Assembly (NCBI RefSeq): GCF_000008465.1
Contig: NC_006512.1
Span: 90,001 to 122,000 of the forward strand
Reading direction: 5' to 3'
Source: Idiomarina loihiensis L2TR
Lineage (GTDB): Bacteria > Pseudomonadota > Gammaproteobacteria > Enterobacterales > Alteromonadaceae
DNA length: 32,000 nucleotides
In this document: positions 24,361 to 32,000 of the stretch, one piece after another
Numbering within the stretch: position 1 is the first letter of the stretch
Layout: every line of letters starts with the position of its first letter
The notes under the pieces: model-generated
Told to the model about the DNA's origin: nothing
Databases searched by the model: none
Seen by the model: the letters and a program-made list of their open reading frames with translations, nothing else
Position numbers and translations under genes: made by a program

Positions 24361-26667
24361 TTAAAACTCTGCCTCAAAACCAACACCAATTACCCTTGGT
24401 GCGCCGAATATCGCTAGTGGAACGTCAGTTCGTGCGTATTCAATGTATCCTTTATCGAAAATATTGTTGGCGAAAATATAGGCCGACCAGTCGAATTTAT
24501 CATAGCTGATTTTTGCGTTAAATAAGGTTCGTGATGACACTCTACTATCTGTCTCGCGAGTGGACATCAATACTGAGTCGCGGTAATTCGCATTAACGTT
24601 CACCGTCCAGTCTCGGGCAGGGTATAAATTTACGCCTAAAGCGGCCGTATGTTTGGGGGCATAGATAAATTCTGTTCCTGAAAAGTTTCGGACCTGAGCC
24701 CCGGCAATAGCCTCAAACTGGTCATACTGGGTTCTGGAATAAGAATACGAGCCGTACCAATCCATGTAGCTATTAACGTATTGACGTGCTTCCAGCTCCA
24801 TGCCATATAAATGGGCTTTGCCGGCATTCACTGTGTGGCTATCAAAACTGTTTAGGCCAAAATTAGCGCTAACCTGTTTATCTTCCCAGTCAATGTAATA
24901 AAGGTTGCTGCTGACAAATAGACTGTTATCTAACAGATGACTGCGCCACGCCAGTTCGTAGTTTGTGGTGAATTCAGGGTCATAAGCAAAAACTTCTGCA
25001 CGGGCAATATTGTAGGAGCTGCCACCGGAGCGGTAAGCACGCTGTACCGTTAAAGCCAGCGAATCGTTGTTATCGTAGTCCCAGCGCACCGCCAGCTTCG
25101 GCAAAAAGGCATTAAAGTCGCGGGTACTTTCGGGAATGCTGTTACCTGCGCGATCAACCAGGTTCAGTACTTCCTGATTGATGCCGCTGATAATGCTATG
25201 AGGGGCGGTGCCGGGCTCGCCGTAATTTGTTGGGTCGGGTAAGGTTCCGGCAAAGGCTGTTTCGGTGAGTGACTCGTAGGTATAACGTTCCGTGTCGTAA
25301 CGAAAGCCGGCAATTAAAGCGATATTCTCCGCTAAAGCGTATTCAACGTCAGCAAATATGGCACGGTTGGTCGAGCGATCATAGACATCACTTTCATAAT
25401 CAACAGGAATTAGAGGTAACTCCTGAGAGTAGCTGTTGGCAAATTGAGTGGCAGTGGTTTCATCCAGCCCCATATTTTGTAGTACGTCGACAATAGTGGT
25501 TACCGGAGTCGCAACGCCAGCCAATTGGTTATCCATTGCGTCTTTCTCACGGTTAGACCAGTAGCCGCCGAACAAACCATGAAAGTCAGGGTAATCAAAA
25601 CTCAGCCGTATTTCTTGTGACTGGTTTTTATAATCGTGGTTCATCTCGCCGTAGCGTTCGTCTTTTTCTGTTAAATCAATATCATACAAGCGCAGGGAGT
25701 CGGAATCTGACTGAGAGGTGACAGACGCCAGCGACCAATGTTCACTTAGCTCGTAACTTAAATCTAATGACACAATGTCCGTTGTAATATCGGTCACATT
25801 TTCGTGATCGGAAGTGGCTACCCGGTTGTCATAATAATTCTCTACATCGTAGCGGGTATAAGAAAATCGGTAAGGGTCTTCGCGGTCGTCACGCATAAAG
25901 TTTAATTTAGCAGTGAAGTCTCTTAGCCCGGCTGGATTCCAGAGCACTTTAAGGCGAGTCACTAAAGAGTCGACGGAGTCTTCCATCTCGTTGCGTGTTA
26001 TGTTTTTTGTATAGCCGTCAAAATCCCGTTTTTCGACAGCAACCCGGAAGGCGAGTTCGTCATCTATGATTGGACCGCCACCGGCAAACGCCAGGCGCCT
26101 GTCATTTGGGTCTGACCAAATAGCCCGGGTTTTCCAGGTCCAGTCCATGGTCGGATCCTGAGTACTGATAATAATCGCGCCAGCTAAGGAGTTTTCACCC
26201 TGAACCGTCGACTGCGAGCCGCGCAGAATCTCCACTTGAGCGATATCCCATAAGTCGGTTGGGCCAGCATCATTCACCTGGCTGGGTATGGCAACACCAT
26301 CAACATAAACTGTCGCTAACGGGTTAGCTGAGCTACCTTCGTCACTAATACCGCGAATAGTAAAACCAGAGCCGCCGTAAGTCTCCGAAACGTTTGCGGT
26401 GCGGGTAATAATGTCACTGAGGTCGAGTAAGTTTTCCTGATCAATTTTTTGTGCCGTTGTTACGGCGACACTACTGGTTGTTTCTGACAGTGAACGCTCG
26501 CGTTTTTCACCCTGAACTTTAATAATTTCCAGGCCGTCCTTTTGCGATTGATCCATAGCGTCTTCTGCTGAAACAAGGGGAGGGGTAAAAGCAGCTCCAA
26601 CAAAAATGAATGCACATAAACCTGTTATTATTCTTTCATTTTTTCTGGTCACTTTGTTGTTCTCCAT
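24361..26667 (-). CDS. TonB-dependent receptor (probably iron-complex uptake)
   Basis: 768 aa. Signal peptide (..PPLVSA/ED). Plug motifs (GFTIRGIS, VYVDGV). C-terminal ..GFEAEF. A Fur-box-like site lies upstream. Confidence 0.9.
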   Translation of the reverse strand: MENNKVTRKNERIITGLCAFIFVGAAFTPPLVSAEDAMDQSQKDGLEIIKVQGEKRERSLSETTSSVAVTTAQKIDQENLLDLSDIITRTANVSETYGGSGFTIRGISDEGSSANPLATVYVDGVAIPSQVNDAGPTDLWDIAQVEILRGSQSTVQGENSLAGAIIISTQDPTMDWTWKTRAIWSDPNDRRLAFAGGGPIIDDELAFRVAVEKRDFDGYTKNITRNEMEDSVDSLVTRLKVLWNPAGLRDFTAKLNFMRDDREDPYRFSYTRYDVENYYDNRVATSDHENVTDITTDIVSLDLSYELSEHWSLASVTSQSDSDSLRLYDIDLTEKDERYGEMNHDYKNQSQEIRLSFDYPDFHGLFGGYWSNREKDAMDNQLAGVATPVTTIVDVLQNMGLDETTATQFANSYSQELPLIPVDYESDVYDRSTNRAIFADVEYALAENIALIAGFRYDTERYTYESLTETAFAGTLPDPTNYGEPGTAPHSIISGINQEVLNLVDRAGNSIPESTRDFNAFLPKLAVRWDYDNNDSLALTVQRAYRSGGSSYNIARAEVFAYDPEFTTNYELAWRSHLLDNSLFVSSNLYYIDWEDKQVSANFGLNSFDSHTVNAGKAHLYGMELEARQYVNSYMDWYGSYSYSRTQYDQFEAIAGAQVRNFSGTEFIYAPKHTAALGVNLYPARDWTVNVNANYRDSVLMSTRETDSRVSSRTLFNAKISYDKFDWSAYIFANNIFDKGYIEYARTDVPLAIFGAPRVIGVGFEAEF

Positions 26668-26710
26668 GGTTTCGCTTGTGAGTCAGCCTTAATAAGAATG
26701 CTACTTTAAT

Positions 26711-26729
26711 GTAAATGAGAATCAGTATC
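26711..26729. promoter_or_regulatory. Fur-box-like site (gtaaatgagaatcagtatc, 15/19 to GATAATGATAATCATTATC)
   Basis: Hand-aligned. It lies in the divergent region between the TonB receptor (start 26667) and the SDR gene (start 26851). Confidence 0.6.
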
Positions 26730-26850
26730 AATATCATGTTGGTTTTTTCTTCGAAAGGGTATAAAGCGCAGTGCGTTATTATCCGTTGTTGATCGCTAAG
26801 CAAACTAGAAGAGTACAATAGAGCTAGAAACACGAATTTAAGGAGGAAGT

Positions 26851-27525
26851 ATGTCCAAAGTATTATTGATAACAGGTGCCTCAAGCGGCATTGGTGAAGC
26901 CAGTGCCCGAAAAGCGGCGAAAGAAGGATTAAAGCTGATATTAACGGCGCGCCGGAAAGAAAAACTGGATGCGCTGGTTAAGGAGTTTGGTGCGGATAAT
27001 GCTATTGGTGTGGCTGCCGATGCCGGAAATTATGACCAGTTAGCCGAGGCTGTAAAGCAGGGCGTTGATAAGTTTGGTCAGCTGGATGCGGTATTCGCTA
27101 ACGCCGGAACCGGGGTTTCGACCGCCGGAACAGAAGAAGGCGACCCAGACGAGTGGAAGTCTATGGTGGATGTGAATATCAATGGTCTTCTGTACACGGC
27201 GAAACTGACCTTACCGCATTTACGTAAAACTACCGGTCACTTTTTAATGACAGGCTCTGCCGCCGGGCGAATTACGCTAAAAGGTTCGGTTTATGGTGCG
27301 ACTAAGTGGTTCGTTCATGGCTTTGCCCAGAACCTGGCCGAAGAAATGAAAGAGTGGAACGGCCGCTGCACAACCATAGCACCGGGTATGGTCAATACGC
27401 CGTTCTTCGATGAACCTAAGCCGGACAAACTGGCTCCTGAAGACGTTGCCGATGCGGTATTGTATTCAATCAATGCGAATCCGCGTAATTGTGTGCGCGA
27501 AGTGTTCTTAATGCCGGCGTATTGA
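26851..27525 (+). CDS. SDR-family NAD(P)-dependent oxidoreductase
   Basis: TGASSGIGEA, NAG, YGATK. Strong SD AAGGAGG upstream. Confidence 0.85.
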   Translation: MSKVLLITGASSGIGEASARKAAKEGLKLILTARRKEKLDALVKEFGADNAIGVAADAGNYDQLAEAVKQGVDKFGQLDAVFANAGTGVSTAGTEEGDPDEWKSMVDVNINGLLYTAKLTLPHLRKTTGHFLMTGSAAGRITLKGSVYGATKWFVHGFAQNLAEEMKEWNGRCTTIAPGMVNTPFFDEPKPDKLAPEDVADAVLYSINANPRNCVREVFLMPAY

Positions 27526-27560
27526 TTTAGCTCATATTAAGAGACTTTAAAGACAAACAA

Positions 27561-27601
27561 CAATAGTTATCATTTAATACTTCTCAAGGTTCCTGTATAA
27601 T
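27561..27601 (+). promoter_or_regulatory. Candidate promoter (perfect TATAAT at 27596-27601) with a weak Fur-like sequence over the -35 region (27561-27579, 12/19)
   Basis: Read directly. The Fur match is weak. Confidence 0.35.
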
Positions 27602-27639
27602 TTTAAGCCTGATTATGACATGAGCCTTGAGGAGTACTC

Positions 27640-29541
27640 GTGTTTTCCCGATTCTTTTTCCCTATTGCCTTAATAGGCACATTACTTTTCTCCGGTCAGG
27701 CTTTGGCCAGTTCTTCAGCGGATACTCAAAGTTCTGACATGCGTCAGTTATTGCAGCTGGCGGAATACGTTGGCGTAGATTATTCCGAAGCGGTAGCCAA
27801 TGGTGAAGTCATTAATCCCGATGAATACAGCGAAATGACTGAGTTCGCCGGCCTTATTGGTGAAAAAACTGAACAGGCGCCGCAGGCGGTGCAAGCCGAA
27901 ATGCGTCAGTTGGTGAACAAGCTCAAGCAGCTGATTCATGATAAAGCTGACCCGGAAGCGGTGGTTACGCTAACCAGTGAGCTAAGAAACACTCTGCTGT
28001 CGGCTTTGCCAAAGCTAAGCCTCCCGTCAAAGCTGGCAAGTGAAAAGCACGTTGAGCAGTTATTTCAACAAAACTGCTCCGCCTGTCATGGTGCTGCCGG
28101 TCAGGGTGATGGCCCTGGTGCTACCGGGCTGGAGCCTGCCCCCACTAACTTTACCGACCGTGAACGCGCCAATAACCGCTCATTACTTGGGTTGTTTGAC
28201 GCTGTTTCCGATGGCATCGACGGCACGGCAATGGCGTCTTTTAGCCATTTAAGTGAAGAAGAGCGGTGGGCGTTAACTTTCTACGTGGGCAGTCTGGCGT
28301 TTAATGACAGTGCTGACTCTGAGCAAAAGGTGGCGCTGAGCGAGTTGATTAATTACAGCCCGAATACCTTACTGCAGCGCGGCATTTCGTCTAACGCTAT
28401 TGATTACTCGCGCACTCACGCTCGTGATTACTTTTCTGAAAGCTCAGTAAACAGTCCTATTGCAATTGCCCGCACAACCCTTGGCCAAGCTTTAAAGGCG
28501 TACCAACAAGACAATTATAGCGAAGCTAAGCGGTTGGCTATTTCGGCGTATCTCGATGGTTTCGAGTTAGCTGAAAACTCCCTTAATGCCAAAGCTCCGG
28601 AGCTAATGCGAACCATAGAACGTGACATGATGGCGTTGCGTGGAGTTATCAGTAAACCCGGCAAGCTGCAGCAGGTCGAACAAATGACTGCGAAGTTGCA
28701 ACAGGAACTGGATGTCGCGGCGAATACGTTGTCGGAAGATAAGCTGTCAGAATCCGCATTGTTTGCGGCAAGTGCCGTTATTCTGTTACGCGAAGGGCTT
28801 GAAGCCTTACTCATTGTTCTGGCAATTGGCACAGTACTGGCGCGCTCCGGACGCAAAGACGGACTGCGCTATGTGCACGCGGGATGGATCACGGCGCTGA
28901 TTGCGGGTGTCGGCACTTGGCTGGTGGCGGAATACTTCATCAGCATTAGTGGTGCCAGCCGCGAGATTATTGAAGGTGGAGCCGCGCTGCTGGCCGCCGT
29001 CATACTGTTCTATGTGGGTTACTGGATGCACAGCAAAACCCAGTCGCAGCAGTGGCAACGCTTTATTCAGGAAAAAGTGCAGACTCAGCTAAAGCAGGGC
29101 GCTTTATGGGGTCTTGCCGGCCTTGCCTTTTTAGCTGTGTATCGAGAAGTGTTTGAAACCGTATTGTTCTATCAGTCTTTATTGTTGCAGGCGCAGGACA
29201 ATGGCAGCAGTGTCGCCTACGGTTTTGTCTTTGGCCTGGTGGTTCTGGCGGTAGTGGCCTGGGCTGTCATTAAATACTCAGTCAAACTGCCAATGAATAC
29301 GTTTTTCAAGTTCACAACGTACATTATTCTGGCTCTGGTCTTTGTTTTGCTGGGCAAAGGCGTTAGCGCCCTGCAGGAAGCTGCCTGGTTTAGTCATACG
29401 GCGTTTCCAGTGGATGTAACCTTCGACTGGCTGGGTATTTACGCCAGCTGGGAGACCTTAGGTGCGCAATTGGTGTATTTGATTCTTGTGATGGCTTTAT
29501 TTAAACGGCAGGTTTCATCAAAATTGAATAAAGTCGTCTAA
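27640..29541 (+). CDS. Cytochrome c-FTR1 fusion: periplasmic mono-heme c domain fused to a high-affinity iron permease (EfeU/Ftr1 family)
   Basis: GTG start with SD GAGGAG 5 nt upstream. Signal peptide. CSACH heme motif (28075-28089). Two REXXE permease motifs (REGLE from 28789; REVFE). About 7 TM helices in the C-terminal half. Confidence 0.85.
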   Translation: MFSRFFFPIALIGTLLFSGQALASSSADTQSSDMRQLLQLAEYVGVDYSEAVANGEVINPDEYSEMTEFAGLIGEKTEQAPQAVQAEMRQLVNKLKQLIHDKADPEAVVTLTSELRNTLLSALPKLSLPSKLASEKHVEQLFQQNCSACHGAAGQGDGPGATGLEPAPTNFTDRERANNRSLLGLFDAVSDGIDGTAMASFSHLSEEERWALTFYVGSLAFNDSADSEQKVALSELINYSPNTLLQRGISSNAIDYSRTHARDYFSESSVNSPIAIARTTLGQALKAYQQDNYSEAKRLAISAYLDGFELAENSLNAKAPELMRTIERDMMALRGVISKPGKLQQVEQMTAKLQQELDVAANTLSEDKLSESALFAASAVILLREGLEALLIVLAIGTVLARSGRKDGLRYVHAGWITALIAGVGTWLVAEYFISISGASREIIEGGAALLAAVILFYVGYWMHSKTQSQQWQRFIQEKVQTQLKQGALWGLAGLAFLAVYREVFETVLFYQSLLLQAQDNGSSVAYGFVFGLVVLAVVAWAVIKYSVKLPMNTFFKFTTYIILALVFVLLGKGVSALQEAAWFSHTAFPVDVTFDWLGIYASWETLGAQLVYLILVMALFKRQVSSKLNKVV

Positions 29542-29616
29542 AAACTGTCATATTTAATCTTTAACATGCACCACAACTTAACATTGTTTGGTTATACTCC
29601 CTGGTTAAGTTTTTAT

Positions 29617-29643
29617 GCCCCCAATATTTGGGGGCTTTTTTTT
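29617..29643 (+). terminator. Rho-independent terminator after the FTR1-fusion gene
   Basis: Stem gcccccaa / ttgggggc, 3-nt loop, then a T8 run. Confidence 0.8.
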
Positions 29644-29655
29644 GGCTGTTTTAGA

Positions 29656-31773
29656 CTAAAAAGTGTATTTCACCTGCACCCCAAACGAACGTCCGGGCTG
29701 ACTGTACTGTTCCGTAGAGGCTTCGCTCTGAAGTCCTGCCACGCTCTGGTAGGGCACATAATATTTATCTGTTAAGTTACGCGCCGCAAGGTTAACTTGC
29801 CAGTTTGTCAGTGAGATACCGACCAGTATATCAACGGTTGCGTAGCCCGGTGTTTGAATAGATTCATCGGTTGGAACGCGACTCATGCTATTTACCGCAG
29901 TAACAACGCCGCGTACATACCAGTCATTGCCGTGGTAACCCACTGAAGCATTACCGGAAAGCGGTGACAGAGTGGTCAGGTAGTCGTCTGTTGTTTCATC
30001 CTTGCCGGTTGTGTAGGCCACTGACGAAGCCAATTGAATATTGTCATTCAGCCAGTGAGTCACTGAGGCTTCAACGCCTTTTATCGTCACTTCGTCCTTA
30101 TTAACATACTGGTACTCGACGCGATCCACACCCGGAATGTAGGTGGGACTGGTTCCGACGACCTGAGTATCGATAAAGTCGTCAAACTTGCTGTAAAAGG
30201 CTGACAGATTCCAGCGAGTGTTGTTGTCCGCAAATTTCAGGCCGGTTTCCAGCGATCGGCTGCTCTCAGGATCTAAGTCGGGATTAGGCAATATGGCATA
30301 AAAAGGTTCGATACCATGGTTCTGGTAAGCCTGATCATGAGGTGGAATTTTAAAGCCTTCGGCGTATTGAACGTATCCTCGAATATCATTTGAGAAAGTG
30401 TATATAGCCGCCAGTTTAGGTGACAGAGCCGTTTCACGTACATCACTTAATAGCGACATATCGTAGAGTGCATTGTCTTGAGGCGTCATGCGGTAATGGT
30501 CGATACGGACACCGGCAATGAATTTAATTGGGCTATCTTTCAGTTGAATGTTGTCCTGCAGGAAGAGCCCGGCTAACCATGTTTCTGCACCAGGAAAAGC
30601 TTTTTGCGGTTCGTTGTCCTGCAGTAAGGTGCCGTCTGCTGCGGTGCGAGTTTTAAAGCGTGGTCGCTCAGTGTCGTAGTAGTCAACATCGAACCCAAAT
30701 ACCAGGTCTTGTTCCACTTGGTTGCCGGACAACAAGGTTTCGCCCTGCCAGCGGGCACCAATAATACGTTGTTCAAAGCCGTAATCGTTATTGTCGATAT
30801 AAGGACCGCCCTGGTCCGCACCTTGCACTATCTGGTCACTGTTTTGCTCGTAATGACTCAAATACAATTGCCAGTTTTGGGTATCGGTCAGCCAGTTGCT
30901 GCTATTATTGAGATAGTCGATGGAAAAGGCGGTTTGTTTGTCTTCATCTTCGGTTTGCTCCGGCGGCTCCTGCAACTGCTCATTGTTTTGCTGGTAATGG
31001 TCCAGAGTAAACTTAAGTTCATTGTTATTCTCAAGCGCGATAGCCCACTTAGCCAGGACACCAACACTGTCGTAATCAAACTCCGGTAACGACTCCTCGT
31101 AGTTCTGGGTTTCGTTTCCTTTGCGGGCGGTGAGCTGAATGGATGCCTGTGATCCGGAAAACTGTTTTGCCGCCTGCACACCTAAACTGCGTTCGTCTGC
31201 AATGCTATCAAAACCCGCCTGCAGGGAGAGTGCGTTCGATTCACCTTGTAGCAAATCGTCAGGGTCAGGCGTAGTCAGAACAATAACCCCACCTAACCCG
31301 TCGGAGCCGTAAAGTGGCGATGCAGCGGCCTTAGCAACTTCCACCTGACTCAATTGTGAGACATCCAGGTAACCCCGGCCAACCAGATAGCCGCCACCGC
31401 CGGCATAGGCGTCGTTTAAGCGTCGGCCGTCTTTAATGTAGACCACCCGGTTACCGCCAATGCCACGTATTGACAGGGTTTGTGCCTGACCCTGACTGCC
31501 GGTTGAACTAATGCTGGGGTCATAACGAAAAATATCCGACAGACTGTTACTAACCTGAATATCAATTTCTTCGGCTGTCACCACGCTAACTGCACCGGCA
31601 ACATCTTCCAGTTTTTCTTTACTGCGGGAGCCGGTTACTACCAGTATTTCATCGGTTTCCAGCGTGGGTTTTGCCAAGTCAGCTGCGTAAACAGTGGCTT
31701 GTAAGGTAGCGAAAATGGCTGTCGCCAATAAGCTTTTTGCAAAGCCTCGAGTTGTCTTATGTCTTTTATTCAC
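29656..31773 (-). CDS. TonB-dependent receptor (iron complex, possibly heme type)
   Basis: 705 aa. GTG start with SD GGAGA. Signal peptide (..TVYA/AD). TonB box EILVVTG. Plug motifs (LSIRGIGGNRVVYIKDG). C-terminal ..VQVKYTF. Confidence 0.9.
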   Translation of the reverse strand: MNKRHKTTRGFAKSLLATAIFATLQATVYAADLAKPTLETDEILVVTGSRSKEKLEDVAGAVSVVTAEEIDIQVSNSLSDIFRYDPSISSTGSQGQAQTLSIRGIGGNRVVYIKDGRRLNDAYAGGGGYLVGRGYLDVSQLSQVEVAKAAASPLYGSDGLGGVIVLTTPDPDDLLQGESNALSLQAGFDSIADERSLGVQAAKQFSGSQASIQLTARKGNETQNYEESLPEFDYDSVGVLAKWAIALENNNELKFTLDHYQQNNEQLQEPPEQTEDEDKQTAFSIDYLNNSSNWLTDTQNWQLYLSHYEQNSDQIVQGADQGGPYIDNNDYGFEQRIIGARWQGETLLSGNQVEQDLVFGFDVDYYDTERPRFKTRTAADGTLLQDNEPQKAFPGAETWLAGLFLQDNIQLKDSPIKFIAGVRIDHYRMTPQDNALYDMSLLSDVRETALSPKLAAIYTFSNDIRGYVQYAEGFKIPPHDQAYQNHGIEPFYAILPNPDLDPESSRSLETGLKFADNNTRWNLSAFYSKFDDFIDTQVVGTSPTYIPGVDRVEYQYVNKDEVTIKGVEASVTHWLNDNIQLASSVAYTTGKDETTDDYLTTLSPLSGNASVGYHGNDWYVRGVVTAVNSMSRVPTDESIQTPGYATVDILVGISLTNWQVNLAARNLTDKYYVPYQSVAGLQSEASTEQYSQPGRSFGVQVKYTF

Positions 31774-31829
31774 TTTTCATCTCCAATCCTGATTAACACG
31801 TCGTATGAAAAAATCAATAAGATCTAAAC

Positions 31830-31848
31830 GAAAATGATTTGCATTTGC
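31830..31848. promoter_or_regulatory. Weak Fur-box-like site (gaaaatgatttgcatttgc, 13/19)
   Basis: Hand-aligned. It lies in the divergent region upstream of the receptor gene. Confidence 0.35.
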
Positions 31849-31912
31849 AAGTGAAAGTTACTATTTTTGATTTAGGACAAAAAAGAAAATCTAATTCAGG
31901 AGTTTGATTGTG

Positions 31913-32000
31913 ATGACAGGACGACAGTTTCTGGTTCATGCCGGAGCCGCTTTTCTATTGTTGTTTTCGTGGTTCGGCCAGGCTGAAGATACGCTGGATA
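31913..32000 (+). CDS. 5' fragment of a secreted protein (continues beyond the window)
   Basis: SD AGGAG at 31898-31902. ATG at 31913 (GTG at 31910 is an alternative). MTGRQFLVHAGAAFLLLFSWFGQAEDTLD looks like a signal peptide. Not in the ORF track because it is truncated. Confidence 0.4.
   Translation, partial: MTGRQFLVHAGAAFLLLFSWFGQAEDTLD

Noticed and set aside
26636-26884. 82-aa minus-strand ORF spanning the receptor/SDR intergenic region
   Set aside because: It overlaps both neighbouring gene starts and the Fur-like site. Its AT-rich hydrophobic translation is typical of a spurious intergenic ORF.
30709-31089. 126-aa plus-strand ORF inside the third TonB receptor gene. The same reasoning applies to 13976-14344, 28515-28856 and similar ORFs.
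   Set aside because: All are antisense to genes with clear family motifs. None has a start context or recognisable domains.
29656-31773. Assigning the third TonB receptor specifically to heme uptake from FKIPP ... H ... NPDL (FRAP/NPNL-like) motifs
   Set aside because: Similar F-x-x-P and NP-x-L motifs occur in most TonB-dependent receptors, so the substrate cannot be inferred by eye. Kept only as a possibility.

Overview
Chromosomal segment of a Gram-negative bacterium, probably a marine gammaproteobacterium; that guess rests only on gene content (three TonB-dependent receptors, a beta-propeller phytase, KatG). I saw no rRNA, tRNA, CRISPR array, integrase or transposase. About 30 protein genes are supportable. 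They cover envelope-lipid enzymes (LpxH-like, LTA-synthase-like transferase, DgkA), a degenerate GGDEF protein followed by a frameshifted AraC regulator, and a TonB receptor plus tandem-domain phytase pair. They also cover pncB-pncA with a macro-domain protein and a methyltransferase, katG, and an iron cluster (two TonB receptors, an SDR, a cytochrome c-FTR1 fusion permease) with Fur-box-like sites. The most interesting region is 4.4-11.7 kb. It holds a tightly coupled seven-gene operon: a thermostable-hemolysin-family (GNAT-like) protein, an ANL adenylating enzyme, a heme-oxygenase-like di-iron oxidase, an SDR, a secreted TPR protein, and a PmrA/BasR-type response regulator and sensor kinase. 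Three phased YTTAAK-N5-YTTAAK (PmrA-box-like) sites bracket it. They lie upstream of the operon itself, in the dgkA / LTA-synthase-like divergent region, and upstream of a cytochrome b561 gene. I read this as a candidate uncharacterised envelope-lipid modification or lipid-signal module that is self-regulated. All family assignments come from motif reading and memory, not from searches.
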